This document shows, piece after piece, positions 60,432 to 64,000 of a DNA stretch of 64,000 bases. The stretch is from Persephonella marina EX-H1. Its GTDB lineage: Bacteria > Aquificota > Aquificia > Aquificales > Hydrogenothermaceae. Under the pieces are notes generated by a model. That model was not told where the DNA came from. It saw only the letters and a list, made by a program, of their open reading frames with translations, and searched no databases. A program made the position numbers and the translations under genes. Every line of letters starts with the position of its first letter. Position 1 is the stretch's first letter. The stretch spans positions 696,210 through 760,209 of the forward strand of contig NC_012440.1 in the NCBI RefSeq assembly GCF_000021565.1. The letters run 5' to 3'.

Positions 60432-60974
60432 GATACGAAAGAGAGGCTTATAAATTCTGCTGTAAAGATCTTTTCAGAGAAAGGGTATTTCAATACAAAG
60501 GTGTCTGATATCGTAAAAGATGCCGGTGTAGCTCAGGGAACTTTTTATCTTTACTTTAAAAGTAAGGAGGAGATATTTCTTTCTATTGTTGAGTATATAG
60601 TTGATCAGATAAACGGGACTATAGAAAAGTTTATATCTTCTGATCACAATGCTGAAACAAAGGTGATAAATTTTGGGAGAGAGATATTTACTGTTCTCTA
60701 CAGTTACAGGGAGATCGCTTATATATACCTTTTTCAGCTTTTCAGCATAGATGAGAAGTTCAAAAGTATATACGTATCAACAAATAACAGGATAAGAGAC
60801 TTTTATATGGAAACTCTGAAAGGTTATCCACAAAAGGAGGTAGCGGCAGATATTCTTATGGGTTTCGGTAAAAGGCTTTTAGAGTTTAATATCCTTATAC
60901 AGAAACAGGATATAAATCAGGTGATTGGTGAGTTTGAGAAAGGGGTGAAAATAATCTTCAGGGGAATGAGATGA
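60420..60974 (+). CDS. TetR/AcrR-family transcriptional regulator
   Basis: N-terminal HTH TKERLINSAVKIFSEKGYFNTKVSDIVKDAGVAQGTFYLYFKSKEEIF. Confidence 0.85.
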   Translation: MSQSDTKERLINSAVKIFSEKGYFNTKVSDIVKDAGVAQGTFYLYFKSKEEIFLSIVEYIVDQINGTIEKFISSDHNAETKVINFGREIFTVLYSYREIAYIYLFQLFSIDEKFKSIYVSTNNRIRDFYMETLKGYPQKEVAADILMGFGKRLLEFNILIQKQDINQVIGEFEKGVKIIFRGMR

Positions 60975-62254
60975 GAAAAGGTTTAATACTTGTTTTGCTG
61001 CCATTAACAGCTTTTGGTTTAACAATGGACGAAGCTGTAAATATAGCTCTTCAGAATAACCTGAGAATAAAACAGAAAGAGATGGATATCCATATCTCTA
61101 AACTCCAGCTAAAAGAGGATAAAAATCTATGGTATCCACAGTTTTTTATTAACTACTCATTTACATTTCTTAAGGACACACCTTATACAAACCTTCCCCC
61201 TTCAGCCTTGTTTCCCGTTCCCTTTTCATTCAAACAGATGAGCAGAGATTTTTATAACTTTGAGATAGGTTTTAACTACCCTATTTTTACGGGATTCTCA
61301 AGAACAGGAAAGATAAAGATATCAAAGGCTGAGATAAACTTCAATCAAAAGATCTATGATGAGGAGAGGATAAACACAGTAGCAGAGGTTAAGAAGGCGT
61401 ATATAGACGTTTTAATGGCGGAGGCTGTTCTTGATATATACAGGAAACAGTACAGTGCAGTTAAATCTCATCTTGAGAGGGCTGAGGAGTTTTATAAGGA
61501 AGGTCTGATAGCAAAGGTTGAGGTGTTACAGTCAAAGGTCAGACTTTCACAGATAGAGATGAAAATAAAGAAAGCTGAAGGTGATCTGAATGTGGCGAAA
61601 TCAAGACTTAATGTACTTCTGGATCAAAAGATGGATAAGGATTTTGATGTAGAGCCTGTTTATATAGAGATTCCCGATAGTCTGGATCTGAACGGGCTTA
61701 TAAGATCAGCCCTTGAGAACAGAAATGTGATAAAAGCTATGAGAATAAAGGAAAGTGAGCTTGACTATCTTGAGAAGATAGAAAAATCAGATTTTTACCC
61801 AAAAGTTTTTGCACAGGGAAAGTACTTTTACTCGGATCAGTATCCCTACCTTGATCCTAAGGGAAATCTATCATTTACAGTTGCCCTTAATCTCCAGTTT
61901 CAGGGTATAAAGCCTTACTACGCCTCACTTAAGGTTAAAGAGGAGAAGAGAAAGCTAAAACTGAAGATAAGAGATCTACAGAACAGTATAAAGCTTCAGG
62001 TGAAAGCAGCATACGAGAACTTCTCTGTTGCACTGAAAAATCTTAAGGTAGCACAGAGCAGTCTTAAGGAGGCTAAAGAGTACTACAGAATGGTTAAGGA
62101 GCAGTACATAAATCAATTAGCCTCAACAACAGATGTTCTTGATGCGGAGAGTTATCTTACATCTGCCAGAAAAGGTGTAACTATATCCCGTTACCAGCTT
62201 TTAAAGGCTTACATAGATCTTGAAAAAGCGGTAGGAGGCAAAATTGAAGAATAA
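60971..62254 (+). CDS. TolC-family outer-membrane efflux protein
   Basis: Signal peptide and two repeats of the long coiled coil/beta-strand pattern. It overlaps the flanking genes by 4 and 11 nt. Confidence 0.8.
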   Translation: MRKGLILVLLPLTAFGLTMDEAVNIALQNNLRIKQKEMDIHISKLQLKEDKNLWYPQFFINYSFTFLKDTPYTNLPPSALFPVPFSFKQMSRDFYNFEIGFNYPIFTGFSRTGKIKISKAEINFNQKIYDEERINTVAEVKKAYIDVLMAEAVLDIYRKQYSAVKSHLERAEEFYKEGLIAKVEVLQSKVRLSQIEMKIKKAEGDLNVAKSRLNVLLDQKMDKDFDVEPVYIEIPDSLDLNGLIRSALENRNVIKAMRIKESELDYLEKIEKSDFYPKVFAQGKYFYSDQYPYLDPKGNLSFTVALNLQFQGIKPYYASLKVKEEKRKLKLKIRDLQNSIKLQVKAAYENFSVALKNLKVAQSSLKEAKEYYRMVKEQYINQLASTTDVLDAESYLTSARKGVTISRYQLLKAYIDLEKAVGGKIEE

Positions 62255-63371
62255 GATAGGTCTGACGGTTGTTTTACTTCTTATAATTGTTTTTTCAGTT
62301 ATCTCTTTCAGATGGATAAAACACAGGATGGAGTATGCGATAACAGATGCTGTTTTTGTTGAGTCAGAAAAGCTTGCAAATCTTTCCTTTAAGAGGGTTT
62401 CAGGAAAGATAATAAAAATGCACAAAGATGAAGGTGATGATGTTAAAAAAGGAGATATTCTGGCAGAGATAGACCCATCTGACTATAAAGTTCAGCTGGA
62501 GAGGATAGTATCTGAGATAAAAAGCCTTTACTACAGGAAGAAAGCCCTTGAAGAAAAACTTAAAAGGATAGATGATCAGCTGAACAAGAAGTTAGAGATA
62601 TCAAAACTCTCATTAAAACAGGTGGAAGAGGGTATAAAGGGTTTGTCCCTGAGATTAAAACAGATAGATCTCAGGATAGGCCAGCTGAAAAGGGATATAA
62701 ATAGATTCAGAAATCTTGTTAAGAAGGATCTTGCACCTGCAAGGAAGCTTGAAAAGATGGAAACTGAGCTAAAGATACTTAAAGTTGAAAGGGAGTCTGT
62801 AGTATCAAAGCTTGAACAGATGAAGATAAGCAGGGATATAACAGAAAAAAAAGTAAAACAGGCAGAATCTGATATCCTGAAGGTAAGAGAGCTTAAAAAG
62901 GAGATTTCCTCAATTGAGGAAAAGATGAACGCTCTGAAAAAACAGAAGGAGGATATACAGAATCTGATTAAGGAAACAAAACTTTTAGCACCTTTTGATG
63001 GAAAGATAGCGAAAAAGTATAAGACTGAAGGTGAGGTTGTATCACCTGGAATTCCTGTTTATGCCCTTGTCTCTGATAAAGATATATATATAAACGTTCT
63101 TCTTGAGGAAACAAAGCTAAAAGGTATAAGGAAAGGGAGTAAGGCTTACATAAAGATAGATGCATACCCTGATGAGGTGTATGAAGGTGTTGTTGAGGAG
63201 ATAAATCCTGCTTCTGCGGCAAAGTTTGCTTTAGTTCCAAGGGATGTAACAGCAGGTGAGTTTACAAAGGTAGCCCAGAGAATACCTGTAAAGATAAGGA
63301 TAGTAAAGGGAGATAAAACCCTTTTAAGGGTCGGTATGAGCGGTGAGGTTGAGATAAAGAAGGAGAGATAA
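62244..63371 (+). CDS. HlyD/EmrA-family membrane-fusion (periplasmic adaptor) protein
   Basis: N-terminal TM anchor, biotinyl-lipoyl-like hairpin halves and a long coiled coil. Confidence 0.85.
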   Translation: MKNKIGLTVVLLLIIVFSVISFRWIKHRMEYAITDAVFVESEKLANLSFKRVSGKIIKMHKDEGDDVKKGDILAEIDPSDYKVQLERIVSEIKSLYYRKKALEEKLKRIDDQLNKKLEISKLSLKQVEEGIKGLSLRLKQIDLRIGQLKRDINRFRNLVKKDLAPARKLEKMETELKILKVERESVVSKLEQMKISRDITEKKVKQAESDILKVRELKKEISSIEEKMNALKKQKEDIQNLIKETKLLAPFDGKIAKKYKTEGEVVSPGIPVYALVSDKDIYINVLLEETKLKGIRKGSKAYIKIDAYPDEVYEGVVEEINPASAAKFALVPRDVTAGEFTKVAQRIPVKIRIVKGDKTLLRVGMSGEVEIKKER

Positions 63372-63378
63372 GGGAGTT

Positions 63379-64000
63379 ATGGAACAGCCTCCTATTTATG
63401 AGAGGATATCTAACTTTGAGAGAGGGCTTATAACATTTATTGTTATGTCCGGTGCATTTATGGCTATTCTTGACACAACAATAGTTGATATTATAGTCCC
63501 AAAGATAACAGCACCTCTCCAGACGGATCTTTACGGTGTCCAGTGGGTTATCACTGCGTATATGATCGCTTCTGCAACAATGCTCATTCTCTCAGGATGG
63601 CTTGATAAGAATTTTGAACTGAGGAATGTTTATATAGCAGGTATCACTCTTTTCACTCTCTCATCATTTGCCTGTGGTATATCCACATCACTTGAGGAGA
63701 TGATAATAGCAAGGGTTTTTCAGGGGGCAGGAGAGGCTTTCATAATGGCTACAGCACAGACAATACTTTTTGCTGTTTACCCACCTGAGAAAAAAGGTAT
63801 CGCTATGGGTATATTTGGACTTGGTGTAAGCTTTGCACCATCAATAGGTCCAACACTTGGTGGTTACATAACGGAACATTTAGACTGGAGATGGGTTTTT
63901 TTCATAAATATACCTTTTGGTATAATTACAGTTCTGCTTGCTCTTTTTTATCTTCCTGAGACTTCTTACTTCAGGGAAAAGGCAAAGCTCAACTTTATCT
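63379..64000 (+). CDS. MFS efflux transporter, DHA2 (EmrB/QacA) family, N-terminal part
   Basis: ILDTTIVDIIVPKI..., motif A GWLDKNFELRNVY and the ARVFQGAGEA motif. It is truncated by the window end. Confidence 0.85.
   Translation, partial: MEQPPIYERISNFERGLITFIVMSGAFMAILDTTIVDIIVPKITAPLQTDLYGVQWVITAYMIASATMLILSGWLDKNFELRNVYIAGITLFTLSSFACGISTSLEEMIIARVFQGAGEAFIMATAQTILFAVYPPEKKGIAMGIFGLGVSFAPSIGPTLGGYITEHLDWRWVFFINIPFGIITVLLALFYLPETSYFREKAKLNFI

Overview
This 64 kb window looks like chromosomal DNA from an AT-rich, thermophilic bacterium of the Aquificae type, possibly a Sulfurihydrogenibium- or Persephonella-like genome. Three things support that: roughly one-third GC, Lys/Glu-rich proteins, and a leucyl-tRNA synthetase split into separate alpha and beta genes as in Aquifex aeolicus. 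The window is gene-dense and mostly housekeeping. It starts with a chemotaxis block on the minus strand (cheR-cheB-cheZ-like-cheA; the cheZ-like call is from a conserved motif only). After that come an ArsB/NhaD-type permease with a Usp-domain protein, htpX, a PAS-GGDEF diguanylate cyclase and dnaK. Next is a translationally coupled pair of a 169-aa unknown protein and a 563-aa SNF2-family helicase, then a soluble Aer-like PAS/MCP transducer, cutA, a stomatin-like SPFH protein, an atypically long clpB, mutS, an M23 peptidase, miaB, a DUF151 nuclease-domain protein, the rpmF-plsX-fabH block, a tRNA(CAT) with a near-consensus promoter, an aminotransferase, a P-loop kinase-like protein, an SDR and a YihY/BrkB membrane protein. 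A stress-type cluster follows (two paralogous small membrane-anchored coiled-coil proteins, a small TM protein, OsmC, prohibitin). Then come uvrB, an O-methyltransferase, three family-2 glycosyltransferases, moaA and rsmI. leuS-alpha and leuS-beta are separated by a 1.6 kb insert carrying an archaeal-type AAA ATPase gene and a badly decayed higB-higA toxin-antitoxin remnant. The rest is usp, dedA, a CPBP protease, mnmG, a beta-barrel outer-membrane protein with a CxxCH motif, a GGDEF cyclase with a periplasmic c-type-haem sensor, thpR, thiC, a sigma-54 two-component pair, envelope genes (TPR-SPOR, a polyprenyl-phosphate glycosyltransferase, a UPF0104 flippase-like protein) and a TetR-TolC-HlyD-MFS efflux operon. 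I found no CRISPR array, rRNA, integrase or transposase. The most interesting loci are the leuS-splitting insert with its toxin-antitoxin fossil, the coupled unknown/SNF2 pair, the haem-c sensor cyclase with the nearby CxxCH outer-membrane protein, the N-domain insertion in clpB, and the tandem small membrane coiled-coil proteins. Every family call is from motif recognition by eye; no database search was run.
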